A DNA stretch of 64,000 bases, taken from the NCBI GenBank assembly GCA_963835575.1, contig CAWIGG010000005.1:256001-320000 (forward strand), in the 5' to 3' direction. A program made the translations under genes and the position numbers. The notes beneath the pieces are model-generated. The model was not told the origin of the DNA. It saw nothing but the letters and a program-made list of their open reading frames with translations, and did no database searches. The DNA is from an uncultured Spirochaetota bacterium (GTDB taxonomy: Bacteria; Spirochaetota; Brevinematia; Brevinematales; JAOACQ01). Positions 18,031 to 28,262 of this stretch are shown piece by piece (position 1 is the stretch's first letter; the number at the start of each line of letters is the position of its first letter).

Positions 18031-19236
18031 ATGGAAATGAGCAAACAAAGTTCGCAAATGCTGAGCAAGGTCCCGGAAATTACAATTTTTTTCTGGATTA
18101 TCAAAGTTTTATGCACAACTGTAGGAGAGACAGCATCAGATTTCCTGAACATCAGTCTTGGTCTCGGCTTGACCGGCACCTCTATTGTTATGGGAGTCAT
18201 TCTACTTATAGTTATCTTCTTTCAGTTCAAATCGAAAAAATATATACCCGGTCTCTATTGGCTGACAGTAGTTTTGATTAGTATATTTGGAACTCTTATT
18301 ACAGATAATCTGACAGATAAAATGGGTGTCTCTCTTGAAATCAGTACTGCGGTTTTCAGTATCGCTCTGGCGCTGACTTTTATCATATGGTACGCTTTTG
18401 ATAAAACACTATCCATTCATTCAATTTTTACCAGGCGGAGGGAATTATTTTATTGGCTTGCAATTCTTTTCACCTTCGCGCTGGGAACAGCTTCGGGAGA
18501 CTTAATGGCGGAGAAACTGGGCTTCGGTTACCTGGTAACAGGAATCATAGTATTCGCGGTTATTGCTTCTGTGACAGTCGCCTGGCGATTTAAGCTGGAT
18601 CCTGTTCTGGCATTCTGGATTGCATATATTATGACGCGTCCTCTTGGCGCATCACTTGGGGATTTTCTGTCGCAGCAGGTAACAAACGGCGGACTGGGGC
18701 TGGGAGCAACCATCACGAGCGGCATTTTCCTCCTAGCGATCCTATTGACAGTCTTGTTCCTTTCAATAACCCGACGGGACATGATTACAAAACCATTGAC
18801 GGTATCAGATACAGGAGTGAAAAGGTATGCCACCATGTGGCAAGTTGTGGTAGTCCTGGCAGTAATACTGATAGGGGCCGGATCAGGCTACAACTTGAGG
18901 CATTCCTGGCTTCAGAAGAAAATATCTGCGGCCGCTTCCACAGTATCGCCACTGGGAGATCTATCCGGCTTCAGGATAATAGCGGAAGATACTCTGGGCT
19001 TAGTAAAAAAAAACCGCCTAGATGATGCCAAGAACCGAATTAAAGATCTTGAGACCGCATGGGACAACGCCCAGGCGCAGCTCAGGCCAATGAACCCGGC
19101 AAAATGGACCGAGCTGGACAAATCCATCGATCGTGTTCTCCGGCAATTGCGCGCTTTACGCCAGGATGGTGCAGCGTGCCAGGAGACACTGGAATCATTG
19201 ATTACGGAAATCGATACCCTCGATAACCCGAAGTAG
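18031..19236 (+). CDS. COG4705/DUF347-repeat membrane protein with C-terminal helical domain
   Basis: KVPEITIFFWIIKVLCTTVGETASD, FALGTASGD, TRPLGASLGD repeats. Confidence 0.85.
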   Translation: MEMSKQSSQMLSKVPEITIFFWIIKVLCTTVGETASDFLNISLGLGLTGTSIVMGVILLIVIFFQFKSKKYIPGLYWLTVVLISIFGTLITDNLTDKMGVSLEISTAVFSIALALTFIIWYAFDKTLSIHSIFTRRRELFYWLAILFTFALGTASGDLMAEKLGFGYLVTGIIVFAVIASVTVAWRFKLDPVLAFWIAYIMTRPLGASLGDFLSQQVTNGGLGLGATITSGIFLLAILLTVLFLSITRRDMITKPLTVSDTGVKRYATMWQVVVVLAVILIGAGSGYNLRHSWLQKKISAAASTVSPLGDLSGFRIIAEDTLGLVKKNRLDDAKNRIKDLETAWDNAQAQLRPMNPAKWTELDKSIDRVLRQLRALRQDGAACQETLESLITEIDTLDNPK

Positions 19237-19321
19237 AATGGATTATTCGTCAAAGATAGGGGCACGCAATAAGTGGGTCGGCTTATGAAACGGATATTTT
19301 AAAGTAAATAGTTAATATGCT

Positions 19322-19492
19322 ATGACATGGCTAAAATTTATGATTACTCCGGTAATCGGGGGAATAATCGGGTTTATCTATTATAAGACGGTCGGGTGCG
19401 CTTCAGGACATTGTCCGATCACATCAAACCCGTGGATCAGTTCTATTTACGGCGCTGTAATGGGACTTCTTTTTTCATTTAGCTGGAAATAA
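19322..19492 (+). CDS. small membrane protein, DUF6132-like
   Basis: manual translation MTWLKFMITPVIGGIIGFIYYKTVGCASGHCPITSNPWISSIYGAVMGLLFSFSWK with the GCxSGxCPITSNP motif. Confidence 0.8.
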   Translation: MTWLKFMITPVIGGIIGFIYYKTVGCASGHCPITSNPWISSIYGAVMGLLFSFSWK

Positions 19493-19700
19493 GTTGAAAG
19501 ATTGATTAACTTTGGTTATTGGAATATTTGAGAGGATAACATGAATTTTAGAAAAGTTATTTATGGATTGCTGGCATTAGCGGGAATAGGTATTTTTCTA
19601 TCCACTTTTATGCAGGAACCGGGGTCCCGGGAAGTTTATAGCATGAAAGGAAACTTGATCTCATGGGAAAGGGATAACAATCCTTTGGTCAGGCCCTGAT

Positions 19701-20288
19701 ATGCGGTTCATCGATCCGCCTAAAAAAACGCCATTCTGGGTCAGACTATTGATTCGGATCGGCGACGTTGCTGCCGGCAGGAAGTTGACCCCGCCCAGGA
19801 TACTGGCCCATTATCCGAAGGCATTGGTCAGTTCCGGCATTTTTGAAGGCCTGATTACCCACAAAGACAGGCAAATCAGCCATAGGCTCCTTCAACTGAT
19901 CCGAATGCAAGTTTCGTTTACCGTGTCCTGCCCATTCTGTATCGATATGAATTCAAAAGAATTCCAGCGGAGCAGCATTTCCGATGAAGAGATTGAGGCC
20001 CTGCAGGGAGAGCACCGGCTGGATGAAATAAAATCTTTTAGTGAACGTGAGAAAACGGCGCTGGAATATACCCGCGCCATCTGCAGGACGCCAATATTGA
20101 TTGAACCCGAACTGGTGAAAAAAGTAAAGGAAGCTTTCACTGAACGGGAAATGGTCATTATCGCCTCAACGGCAGCGCAAGTCAATTATTGGACGAGACT
20201 GATCCAGGCTTTTGGAATATTACCGGACGGTTTTAATGAAAATTGCCCAATACTCAAACTGGATCAATATTCAAAAAAGAAACAATGA
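19701..20288 (+). CDS. carboxymuconolactone decarboxylase/AhpD family protein
   Basis: QVSFTVSCPFCIDMN, FSEREKTALEY, VNYWTRL. Confidence 0.85.
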   Translation: MRFIDPPKKTPFWVRLLIRIGDVAAGRKLTPPRILAHYPKALVSSGIFEGLITHKDRQISHRLLQLIRMQVSFTVSCPFCIDMNSKEFQRSSISDEEIEALQGEHRLDEIKSFSEREKTALEYTRAICRTPILIEPELVKKVKEAFTEREMVIIASTAAQVNYWTRLIQAFGILPDGFNENCPILKLDQYSKKKQ

Positions 20289-20353
20289 ATTATTATGTTT
20301 GAGAAAATAAGAAAGGTGCTCCCTTAACAAACAAAAGAAGCACATTTAAAGGA

Positions 20354-20557
20354 TTAAGCTTTCTTTTTTGTTGAAATACCGAAAGGCATGTAAAGCGGGC
20401 AGATGCCGATAACACCGGTCAGTATGAACACTACAGCGATGACCCCGAGAATGATTGCGGCTACACCACTGATCAGATGGGTGAAATAGAGCACAGCAAC
20501 TGCTATCGCCAGTAATACACGTATAATCCGGTCAATGACCCCCATGTTCTGTTTCAT
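20354..20557 (-). CDS. DUF2892 (YgaP-like) membrane protein
   Basis: MKQNMGVIDRIIR..TGVIGICPLYMPFGIST. Confidence 0.9.
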   Translation of the reverse strand: MKQNMGVIDRIIRVLLAIAVAVLYFTHLISGVAAIILGVIAVVFILTGVIGICPLYMPFGISTKKKA

Positions 20558-20713
20558 AAATTCCTCCTTTTTCACTATTCAATCTAATTATCATAATAAT
20601 ACAATATATTGCAAACGGCAAGTATTTTTGAATATATATTTTCTGATAAATGAAATAATCATTTTGAGTTCAGGCTGGAATTGATTTTTCCCCTGGTTTC
20701 GGCCAGTTTCGCA

Positions 20714-20847
20714 TTCAGGGGCAGCGCGTTTGCCGCCAGAAAAGTAACGGTAGATTTACCGACCCCGCCTTTCCCGCTCATGACCCCGAAAATGCTTTTG
20801 ATATGACTGTTATTTCCATGAACTTATTTCTCCTTTAAATGGCATAT
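20714..20847 (-). pseudogene. 5' remnant of mrp (direct repeat of about 11437-11571)
   Basis: near-identical CAGCGCGTTTGCCGCCAGAAAAGTAACGG..ACCGACCCCGCCTTTCCCGCTCATGACCCCGAAAATGC; 1-nt deletion just after the start codon. Confidence 0.9.
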
Positions 20848-21019
20848 TAGACCCGCCTGACACTCATATTTCAGGCAGGACATTTGTTGACTAATTATCA
20901 AAAAGTTACTAACTTAAGCTAAGATTTGAATTGAGAGAGGTTAGGATATAGATATATCATAAAAAATAACATGAATAGTAGTAAATTGAGTGTTTTAAAA
21001 GCGAAGAGGAATTTTAGCT

Positions 21020-23440
21020 ATGGATTTAAAAGTTAAAAGAACTTCAGATTATGAAAAAATATCTTTGAAAGAAACCTTTGAATTTTTAGAAACAACATCT
21101 GACGGCCTATCCGGAGTACAGGCTGAAAACCGCCTTGCACTATTTGGAAAGAATGAAATAACAGAAAAAAAGACTAATTATTTATTGGAATTTTTACTGC
21201 GATACTGGGGGCCGATGCCCTGGTTGATGGAACTTGCCATGGCGCTTTCGTTTGTATTGAAGCATTATACTGAAGGAATAATTATTTTTTCGCTGCTTAC
21301 GATTAACGCCATTATCGGGCAAATGAATTCCAGAGGTTCGCGTAAAGCAATCGAACTGCTGAAACAGAAGCTGGCTGTTAATTCAAAAGTATTACGTAAT
21401 GGGAAGTGGGTAATTGGACTTGCAAAAGAAATAGTACCGGGTGATATTGTTGTGGTTAAGCTTGGTGATATAGTACCTGCTGATGCAAAAATCATTAACG
21501 GGGAATTATCGGTAGATAAATCCGCTTTAACAGGAGAATCGCTGTCTGTTAATCTTAAAGAACTGGATGTTATTTATTCAGGGTCCATAGTAAAACGCGG
21601 GGAAACCAAGTGCGTTGTCATCAATACGGGCGCAAATACTTTCTTCGGCAAAACCGCTGAATTAGTCAAGCATGCCGAGCCTGTGTCGCATCAGAAAAAA
21701 GTTATGCTGGATGTGGTTAAATATATGCTGTATTTGAGTCTTATCGCGGTGATCGCTGTTTCAATATACGCTTTGTTTATCCATGTTACTTTTTTGTCCA
21801 TACTGACTCTTGTTGTGATTTTTTTAATGGGCGCTGTTCCGGTTGCTCTTCCGGCTGTTCTTACCATAGTTCAATCTGTCGGCGCAATGGAGTTGGCAAA
21901 AAAAGGAGTGCTGGTAACCCGACTGGATTCAATTGAGGATTCGGCTTCTGTAGATGTGCTTTGTTTTGATAAGACCGGAACCATAACGCAAAATAAGTTG
22001 TCGGTAATAGACAGCGCGGTGTTTTCCGGTTATAAACAGGAAGATGTCGCTGTCTTGGCGGCTCTGGCATCACAGGAGCAGGGAATGGACTTGATAGACC
22101 TCGCGGTTATTAAATATGCCAAAAGTATTAAAGCGGATTTGACAGGATATAAACAGATTGAATATATACCGTTTAATCCGTCAAAAAAAAGCACACAGGC
22201 CGTTATTGAAAATGACGGTAAGCGTTTTAATGTTATTAAAGGCGCGGCCCAAATAATAATGGCCATGTGCCCTGAAATAGTCAAAGAAAGCGCTGATAAT
22301 ATTATTAAAGCTATAGAGGAATTTTCTCAAAAAGGGTACAGGACAATTGCGGTTGCAAGGTCGCATGACGGCGATATGAACAAACTTGAATTTGCCGGAC
22401 TGATGGCATTAGCGGACCCTCCGCGGCCGGATTCGAAAAGCATGATAGAGGAGGCAAGAAAGCTCGGAATAAAACCAATGATGCTTACCGGGGACAGCCT
22501 TTCCATTGCTAAAGAAATAGCCCTGCAAACGGGTATTGGCGGTAATATAATCCGGTTTTCAGATATTAAGGATTTAAGCGGAGATGAGCGGACCAAGGTT
22601 ATAAGTGAAATTGACGGGTTTGCGGAAATATATCCTGAAGATAAATACCGGATAGTAAAATTACTGCAGTCAACAGAACATATGGTTGGTATGACCGGCG
22701 ATGGGGTGAATGATGCTCCTGCGCTTAAACAGGCGGAAATGGGAATAGCCGTAAGCAACGCTGCTGATGTGGCTAAAACTTCGGCAAGTGTGGTCTTAAC
22801 CGGTTCAGGGATAGGATTGGTAATTGAAGCGGTTAAAACAAGCAGACGGATTTATCAACGGATGCTGACATGGGTTTTAAATAAGGTCACGAAAGTAATA
22901 GAAATTGCGGTGTTATTAACGATTGGTTTTTTTTGGCTGCATGATATGGTGCTCTCGCTTTTGGGCATATCATTGCTTGTATTTGCAAATGATTTTGTCA
23001 CCATGTCGCTGGCAAGCGATAATGTGAAATCTACGATGAACCCCAATAAATGGAACGTAAAAAATATCACTTTAGCATCCTTACTTCCGGGTTTGCTGTT
23101 AGTTGCCGAAGATTTGATTGTGATAATAGTATGCAGAAATTATTTTCATCTGGATTGGGAAAAAATGCGCGTTTTGATTATGTTAAATCTTGTATTTAAC
23201 AGCCAGTTCAGGGTGTTGATTATAAGGGAAAGAAGGCACTTCTGGTCTTCGATGCCCGGTAAAGGATTGATTGTTTCCAGCCTTGCGGCAATAACAGTGT
23301 TTTTAATGATATGCTTATATGGTTTTATTGTCCCGGTAATTGCTTTAAGTCAAATTCTCGTTGTTTTGGGATTCTCGGTATTGTTTGTCTTTTTTGTTGA
23401 TTTCCCTAAATACTATTTATATAAGAAATTTGGGTTATAA
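21020..23440 (+). CDS. P-type ATPase, plasma-membrane proton-efflux (P3A) type
   Basis: WGPMPWLME, LTGES, VPVALPAV, CFDKTGT, KGA, DPPR, MTGDGVNDAPALK, FANDFVTM. Confidence 0.9.
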   Translation: MDLKVKRTSDYEKISLKETFEFLETTSDGLSGVQAENRLALFGKNEITEKKTNYLLEFLLRYWGPMPWLMELAMALSFVLKHYTEGIIIFSLLTINAIIGQMNSRGSRKAIELLKQKLAVNSKVLRNGKWVIGLAKEIVPGDIVVVKLGDIVPADAKIINGELSVDKSALTGESLSVNLKELDVIYSGSIVKRGETKCVVINTGANTFFGKTAELVKHAEPVSHQKKVMLDVVKYMLYLSLIAVIAVSIYALFIHVTFLSILTLVVIFLMGAVPVALPAVLTIVQSVGAMELAKKGVLVTRLDSIEDSASVDVLCFDKTGTITQNKLSVIDSAVFSGYKQEDVAVLAALASQEQGMDLIDLAVIKYAKSIKADLTGYKQIEYIPFNPSKKSTQAVIENDGKRFNVIKGAAQIIMAMCPEIVKESADNIIKAIEEFSQKGYRTIAVARSHDGDMNKLEFAGLMALADPPRPDSKSMIEEARKLGIKPMMLTGDSLSIAKEIALQTGIGGNIIRFSDIKDLSGDERTKVISEIDGFAEIYPEDKYRIVKLLQSTEHMVGMTGDGVNDAPALKQAEMGIAVSNAADVAKTSASVVLTGSGIGLVIEAVKTSRRIYQRMLTWVLNKVTKVIEIAVLLTIGFFWLHDMVLSLLGISLLVFANDFVTMSLASDNVKSTMNPNKWNVKNITLASLLPGLLLVAEDLIVIIVCRNYFHLDWEKMRVLIMLNLVFNSQFRVLIIRERRHFWSSMPGKGLIVSSLAAITVFLMICLYGFIVPVIALSQILVVLGFSVLFVFFVDFPKYYLYKKFGL

Positions 23441-23482
23441 TGGAGCGACGGTCTCTTTGATAAAAATTAAAAACATTCCGGT

Positions 23483-24322
23483 TTAAATTTCCATATACCT
23501 GACATCGTTTTTAGAGCTTTTTTTTATTTTAAACATCAGCCTGTCGACGGTATGGATGATATCTTCCGGTTTTTTGTCCCATTTCCTGAATATACCGACA
23601 CCCATACTGATGGAGCTTTTCCATTTATTCTTTTCCATTAATCTGCCGGACATTTTTTTTATTTTGTCGAAAACCTTTCGCGCTTTGGTGAGGTTTGTGT
23701 CGGGCAGCAATATGATGAATTCATCCCCGCCCAATCTCGCGAGTATATCGGATTTGCGTAAATGCTTTTGTATAAGCGCGGTCAGGTTCTTCAGCAGCCT
23801 GTCGCCCGAGGCATGCCCTAAATCGTCGTTAACTTTTTTAAAATCATCTATATCCAGGTAAGCGATTGCCAGAGACCGGCCGTACCTCTTCATATTATAT
23901 AATTCGAGCTCAAGGAACTCGAAAAACCCCTGCCGGTTGTAAACGCCGGTCAAATAATCGCATCTGGCCGCTTTCTTTTCTCTCTCAAGGCTTATTTTCA
24001 ATCTGGACAAAATATAAACGACAAATATATATATGGCCAGTTTTGTAATGAAATCAAATGCGAATAGAATATAGTTCCCGGGCACAAAGCGATAGCTTTG
24101 AAGAATTGCCCATTCAACGGTGCATGCAACAGATAGTATGATCCCGGGCCACATACCGGAAAACCAGCAGACCAGCACGATCGGAAGCAGATAGACTAAA
24201 TTAAAAGTTAAGGCAGAGCCTAAAATTTTATAATCAATGTAGAATATTAAGAGAGACATAATAAATCCTGATAAAAAAATAATTATTTTAAAGGAATGAC
24301 GGCTGTTTTTTAAAACCGGCAA
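23483..24322 (-). CDS. membrane diguanylate cyclase (GGDEF)
   Basis: N-terminal TMs, DYLTGVYNR, DIDDFKKVND, RKSD I-site, ARLGGDEF. Confidence 0.92.
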   Translation of the reverse strand: MPVLKNSRHSFKIIIFLSGFIMSLLIFYIDYKILGSALTFNLVYLLPIVLVCWFSGMWPGIILSVACTVEWAILQSYRFVPGNYILFAFDFITKLAIYIFVVYILSRLKISLEREKKAARCDYLTGVYNRQGFFEFLELELYNMKRYGRSLAIAYLDIDDFKKVNDDLGHASGDRLLKNLTALIQKHLRKSDILARLGGDEFIILLPDTNLTKARKVFDKIKKMSGRLMEKNKWKSSISMGVGIFRKWDKKPEDIIHTVDRLMFKIKKSSKNDVRYMEI

Positions 24323-24523
24323 AAATCGCCTCCTTAAATATTTGATTCTTTACTAAACAGTAAAATTATTTAACAATTAACCGATTGAAAAAAGTATAAT
24401 GTATAACCGGACGACCGTCAATAGGTATAAGAAAAGTTGAATTCAATATGTTAAGGCTATAAAGTGGTCAGCTCATGAAACGGAAAAAATCGTACTCTAA
24501 GGATCAGAACCCTATAGATCTAA

Positions 24524-24865
24524 TTATTTTTCCAGATTATCACGGTGGATAGTAAGCACTTTATTCATTTCCTGATCAAATTGGTCCTTATCATGTATAT
24601 AAAGTTTCATTTGTTCCATCAAAGTTCTGATAATCTCATTTTGCGACAGAAAATATTCCACCCATTTACCATCTTTTTTGTAATTCACTATTCCCGCTTG
24701 CCTTAACTGTTTTAAGTGGCTTGAAACGGTTGCTTGTGTCAGTTTTAGAAAAGAGGCCAATTCACACACGCAAGCTGGTTTCTTTTCCAAAGCATAAATT
24801 ATTTTCAGCCGGCTTTCATCTGCCAGAACTTTAAGTAAATCAACTAATTCACGCATTTTCTTCAA
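24524..24865 (-). CDS. ArsR/SmtB family regulator
   Basis: LADESRLKI, CVCEL, VSSHLKQLRQAG. Confidence 0.92.
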   Translation of the reverse strand: MKKMRELVDLLKVLADESRLKIIYALEKKPACVCELASFLKLTQATVSSHLKQLRQAGIVNYKKDGKWVEYFLSQNEIIRTLMEQMKLYIHDKDQFDQEMNKVLTIHRDNLEK

Positions 24866-24896
24866 CCTCTCAAAATGATAGTATAATGCAAAACAC

Positions 24897-24940
24897 TTGA
24901 CAAAGCAAATATTTAATTATACACTTAGATATATGTCTAA
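24897..24940 (+). promoter_or_regulatory. sigma70 promoter with a putative ArsR operator
   Basis: TTGACA-17 nt-TACACT followed by the inverted repeat TTAGA-tatatg-TCTAA. Confidence 0.55.
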
Positions 24941-24977
24941 ATGACGAAATATTCAAAATCAAAGTGAGGATTTAAAT

Positions 24978-25928
24978 ATGTGGAAAGCGTTTGTAGACTG
25001 GATAGTCTATGGAATTATCGGATTATCACCGGAATCGCACATCGGATCCGCGCTAAATTTCTTCATTTACGATACAGTAAAGATAATCTTTCTGCTGGCG
25101 ATAATTATTTTTATAATCGCAATTATCCGGAGTTTTTTCCCGCCGGAAAGGACAAAACAAATACTGGAAAAAGTGCCGGAGTTTGTTGGCAACATTCTGG
25201 CAGCTCTGTTGGGGATTGTAACTCCTTTTTGTTCATGCTCTGCTGTGCCTTTGTTTATCGGTTTTATAGAAGCCGGAATCCCTTTGGGTGTAACATTTTC
25301 GTTTCTTGTCTCTTCGCCGATGGTCAATGAAGTCGCCCTGATTATGCTCTGGGGGCTTTTCGGGTGGAAGGTCGCCGTTATTTATATCATAAGCGGTATT
25401 GTTATTGCAATTGTCAGCGGATTGGCGATTGGAAGAATGAAACTGGAAAAACAGGTTGAGGACTATGTTTATAAGATCAAATCCGGGAACGCGGTAATTG
25501 AAAAACAGACCTGGAAAGACCGGTTTCTTTATGGAAGGGATTATGTCGGTGAAATCATCGGCAAAGTCTGGCCTTATGTGCTGGTTGGTATAGCTATCGG
25601 CGGGTTTATGCATGGTTATGCTCCGGCTGATTTCCTGTCAAAAGTAGCGGGTCCCGGTAACTGGTTTGCTGTCCCGATTGCTGTTTTAGTCGGTGTTCCC
25701 CTTTATTCTAATGCCGCCGGAGTTATTCCGATTGTGAAAGTCCTTATGGACAAAGGAATGGCAATAGGAACTGCTCTGTCGTTTATGATGGCGGTTACAG
25801 CTTTGTCTTTACCGGAAGCCATTATTTTAAGAAAAGTTTTAAAACCGCGCCTGCTCATTATTTACTTTAGTGTGGTGGCTGTCGGGATTATGCTGACAGG
25901 GTATTTGTTTAACTGGATTTTAAAATAA
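24978..25928 (+). CDS. ArsP/DUF318 family permease
   Basis: TPFCSCSAVPLF, SSPMVNE, GVPLYSN, LSLPE. Confidence 0.9.
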   Translation: MWKAFVDWIVYGIIGLSPESHIGSALNFFIYDTVKIIFLLAIIIFIIAIIRSFFPPERTKQILEKVPEFVGNILAALLGIVTPFCSCSAVPLFIGFIEAGIPLGVTFSFLVSSPMVNEVALIMLWGLFGWKVAVIYIISGIVIAIVSGLAIGRMKLEKQVEDYVYKIKSGNAVIEKQTWKDRFLYGRDYVGEIIGKVWPYVLVGIAIGGFMHGYAPADFLSKVAGPGNWFAVPIAVLVGVPLYSNAAGVIPIVKVLMDKGMAIGTALSFMMAVTALSLPEAIILRKVLKPRLLIIYFSVVAVGIMLTGYLFNWILK

Positions 25929-25945
25929 AAAATAGGAGGAAATTT

Positions 25946-26725
25946 ATGTTGATGTATCTGGTTTATCTTGTTGTCGGTCTGGTTGCCGGTGTAGTTGGCG
26001 GTCTTCTGGGAACAGGGGGATGCGCCATTATGATGCCGGTAATCCGTTTCGGTTTTCATTTTGATCCTTCGTTCGCGGTTGGGACGACCCTAATGGCCGT
26101 TGTTTTTACTGCCGGTTCCGGGGCGGTGCAGCATATCAGACTGAAAAACGTGGATAAAAACACCGCCCTTCTCACTGCTTACAGCGGTGTATTGGGTGTT
26201 ATTATCGGATCAATTGTTTTTGAATTTATCAAGGGTTACGGGAAAATAATTGATTTGATCATCGGGATCGCTTTTATCGTTGTAGCAGTCAGGATGCTTT
26301 ACGAAGGTATTTTTTCAAAAGGAATGCAGACAGCCCCGCAATCGGAAATACCCGGAAAACCTCTTTCAAAAAATATACTGGGTTCAGTAATCGGGTTTTT
26401 AACCGGTATAATCGGTTTGGGCGGGGGCTATGCGCTGGTTCCTTCCTTTATATATTTTCTAAAAACCCCCGTTAAGCTGGCGATTGGTACATCCATGGCG
26501 ACTTTTGTATGGATTGCTTTAGTAGGAGCTTTTTTTAAGTTCTTTCAAGGGGTCGTAAACGTGCCTGTTGGTATTACACTAGGCATAGGGGCTTTGATAG
26601 GTGCAATATTCGGCGCGAAACTTGTGACAAAGTTTAAGCCGAATATTTTAAAGGCGCTTTTCGGCATCCTGTTTCTCTACGTGTCTTTGAAATATATCCT
26701 TATATTTTTTGGAATCAGCATTTAG
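25946..26725 (+). CDS. TauE/SafE family exporter
   Basis: duplicated GLLGTGGC / GIIGLGGG..P..A(V/I)GT(T/S) motifs. Confidence 0.9.
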   Translation: MLMYLVYLVVGLVAGVVGGLLGTGGCAIMMPVIRFGFHFDPSFAVGTTLMAVVFTAGSGAVQHIRLKNVDKNTALLTAYSGVLGVIIGSIVFEFIKGYGKIIDLIIGIAFIVVAVRMLYEGIFSKGMQTAPQSEIPGKPLSKNILGSVIGFLTGIIGLGGGYALVPSFIYFLKTPVKLAIGTSMATFVWIALVGAFFKFFQGVVNVPVGITLGIGALIGAIFGAKLVTKFKPNILKALFGILFLYVSLKYILIFFGISI

Positions 26726-26730
26726 CAGAA

Positions 26731-26828
26731 AGAAGCTTTTAAAGCCTCGACTTCTCATTATTTATTTCAGTGTGGTAGCGGTTGGAATAATGCTGACAGG
26801 GTATTTGTTTAACTGGATATTGAAATAA
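26731..26828 (+). pseudogene. 3' remnant of a second arsP-like allele
   Basis: encodes LKPRLLIIYFSVVAVGIMLTGYLFNWILK-stop, the same peptide as the end of 24978-25928 but with many synonymous differences. Confidence 0.9.
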
Positions 26829-26843
26829 TACAGAGGAACATCT

Positions 26844-28235
26844 ATGACAGAAAATAAACCATCAAGGGCCATTTTATATACTATTATGATCGGCGCTTTC
26901 TTCTCTATGTTTGATGCCGGTATGGTTAATGTCGGACTTCCGGTCATCGCGGGCGAGTTTAAGACAGGAATCCAGACAGTGCAATGGACATCTTCAATTT
27001 ACCTGCTTGTTATGTCGGCGTTACTGCCGATTTTCGGATCGCTCGCTGATCGTTTAGGACGCGGAAGAATCTATAATGCCGGATTCCTCACTGTATCAGT
27101 TTTTACATTGCTTTGCGGATTTGCGCCGAATTTTACGGTATTAATAGTATTCCGTATCTTGCAGGCCATTGGCGGAGCAATGGTAATGGCAAACGGGATG
27201 GCAATTGCCACAGAAAGTTATCCTCCATCGGAACGGGGCAGAAATATCGGCATTCTGGCTTCCGCAATGGCGGTTGGAAGCATAGCCGGTCCTTCACTGG
27301 GAGGATTAATCATCGGTCTGTCGGGATGGCGTTCGGTGTTTTATGCCACTTTCGCGTTGTCTTTCGCGGCGTTTGCCGTCTCTTATTTTACTATACCCAG
27401 GCAGAAAAAACAGCCCACTCAATATCATATTGATATCATGGGTTCAATTTTGCTAATTGTAACGATAGTATCTTTCATTTACGGCTTTTCAAACCTGAAT
27501 AATATTGTAGGTCATAATTATTCTATTTTATTTATTGTGGGACTATTTTTACTCACAGCTGTTGCTTTGATTTTATGGGAGCTAAAGCATAAACATCCGG
27601 TTTTCGATTTGCGCTTATTCCGGAACTTAACTTTTAGTTCCTCCATTATTTCGGCTTTAATATCTTTCGCGACTATGTACTCACCCACGGTTCTTGTTCC
27701 TTTTTATCTTCAAAAAACTTTGGGCTTTTCTCCCATCATAACCGGCTTATATATGATGGCGTTTCCGGTTGCAATGGCGCTTTTGTCGCCTTTAAGCGGG
27801 TCATTGTCAGACAAGATCGGTTCAAGAAGCCTCGCAATCGCGGCGTTGGTACTTAACGGGATAGCATTAATAATATTTGCTTTTATTCCCGCCGACTTGC
27901 CATCCTGGTTTATCATGATTCCTCTCTCTGTTATGGGAATCGGGCTTGGAATGTTCCAATCTCCCAATAACAGCACTATTATGGGAAGTGTACCTAAAGA
28001 GCGGCTGGGAGCGGCAAACGGTATTACCCAGCTTGTAAAGAATCTTGGAATGGTTATCGGAATTACTTTTTCGACCATGGTTTTTACAATGGCTATGGGG
28101 CAGAAACCCTATCAGGATAAATCCGTCTTTCTGGCAAGCGCGCGCTGGGTTTATCTGGGTTCGGCTATATTGAGTTTTATTGGCGCATGGGCCGCTTCGA
28201 TGCGTGAAAAAGAAATGATGAAAACATCTCATTAA
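26844..28235 (+). CDS. MFS transporter, DHA2 (EmrB/QacA-like)
   Basis: GSLADRLGRGR motif A, ~14 TM, GPSLGG motif C. Confidence 0.92.
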   Translation: MTENKPSRAILYTIMIGAFFSMFDAGMVNVGLPVIAGEFKTGIQTVQWTSSIYLLVMSALLPIFGSLADRLGRGRIYNAGFLTVSVFTLLCGFAPNFTVLIVFRILQAIGGAMVMANGMAIATESYPPSERGRNIGILASAMAVGSIAGPSLGGLIIGLSGWRSVFYATFALSFAAFAVSYFTIPRQKKQPTQYHIDIMGSILLIVTIVSFIYGFSNLNNIVGHNYSILFIVGLFLLTAVALILWELKHKHPVFDLRLFRNLTFSSSIISALISFATMYSPTVLVPFYLQKTLGFSPIITGLYMMAFPVAMALLSPLSGSLSDKIGSRSLAIAALVLNGIALIIFAFIPADLPSWFIMIPLSVMGIGLGMFQSPNNSTIMGSVPKERLGAANGITQLVKNLGMVIGITFSTMVFTMAMGQKPYQDKSVFLASARWVYLGSAILSFIGAWAASMREKEMMKTSH

Positions 28236-28262
28236 TAAAACGAAATTTTTTAGGAGGATAAA

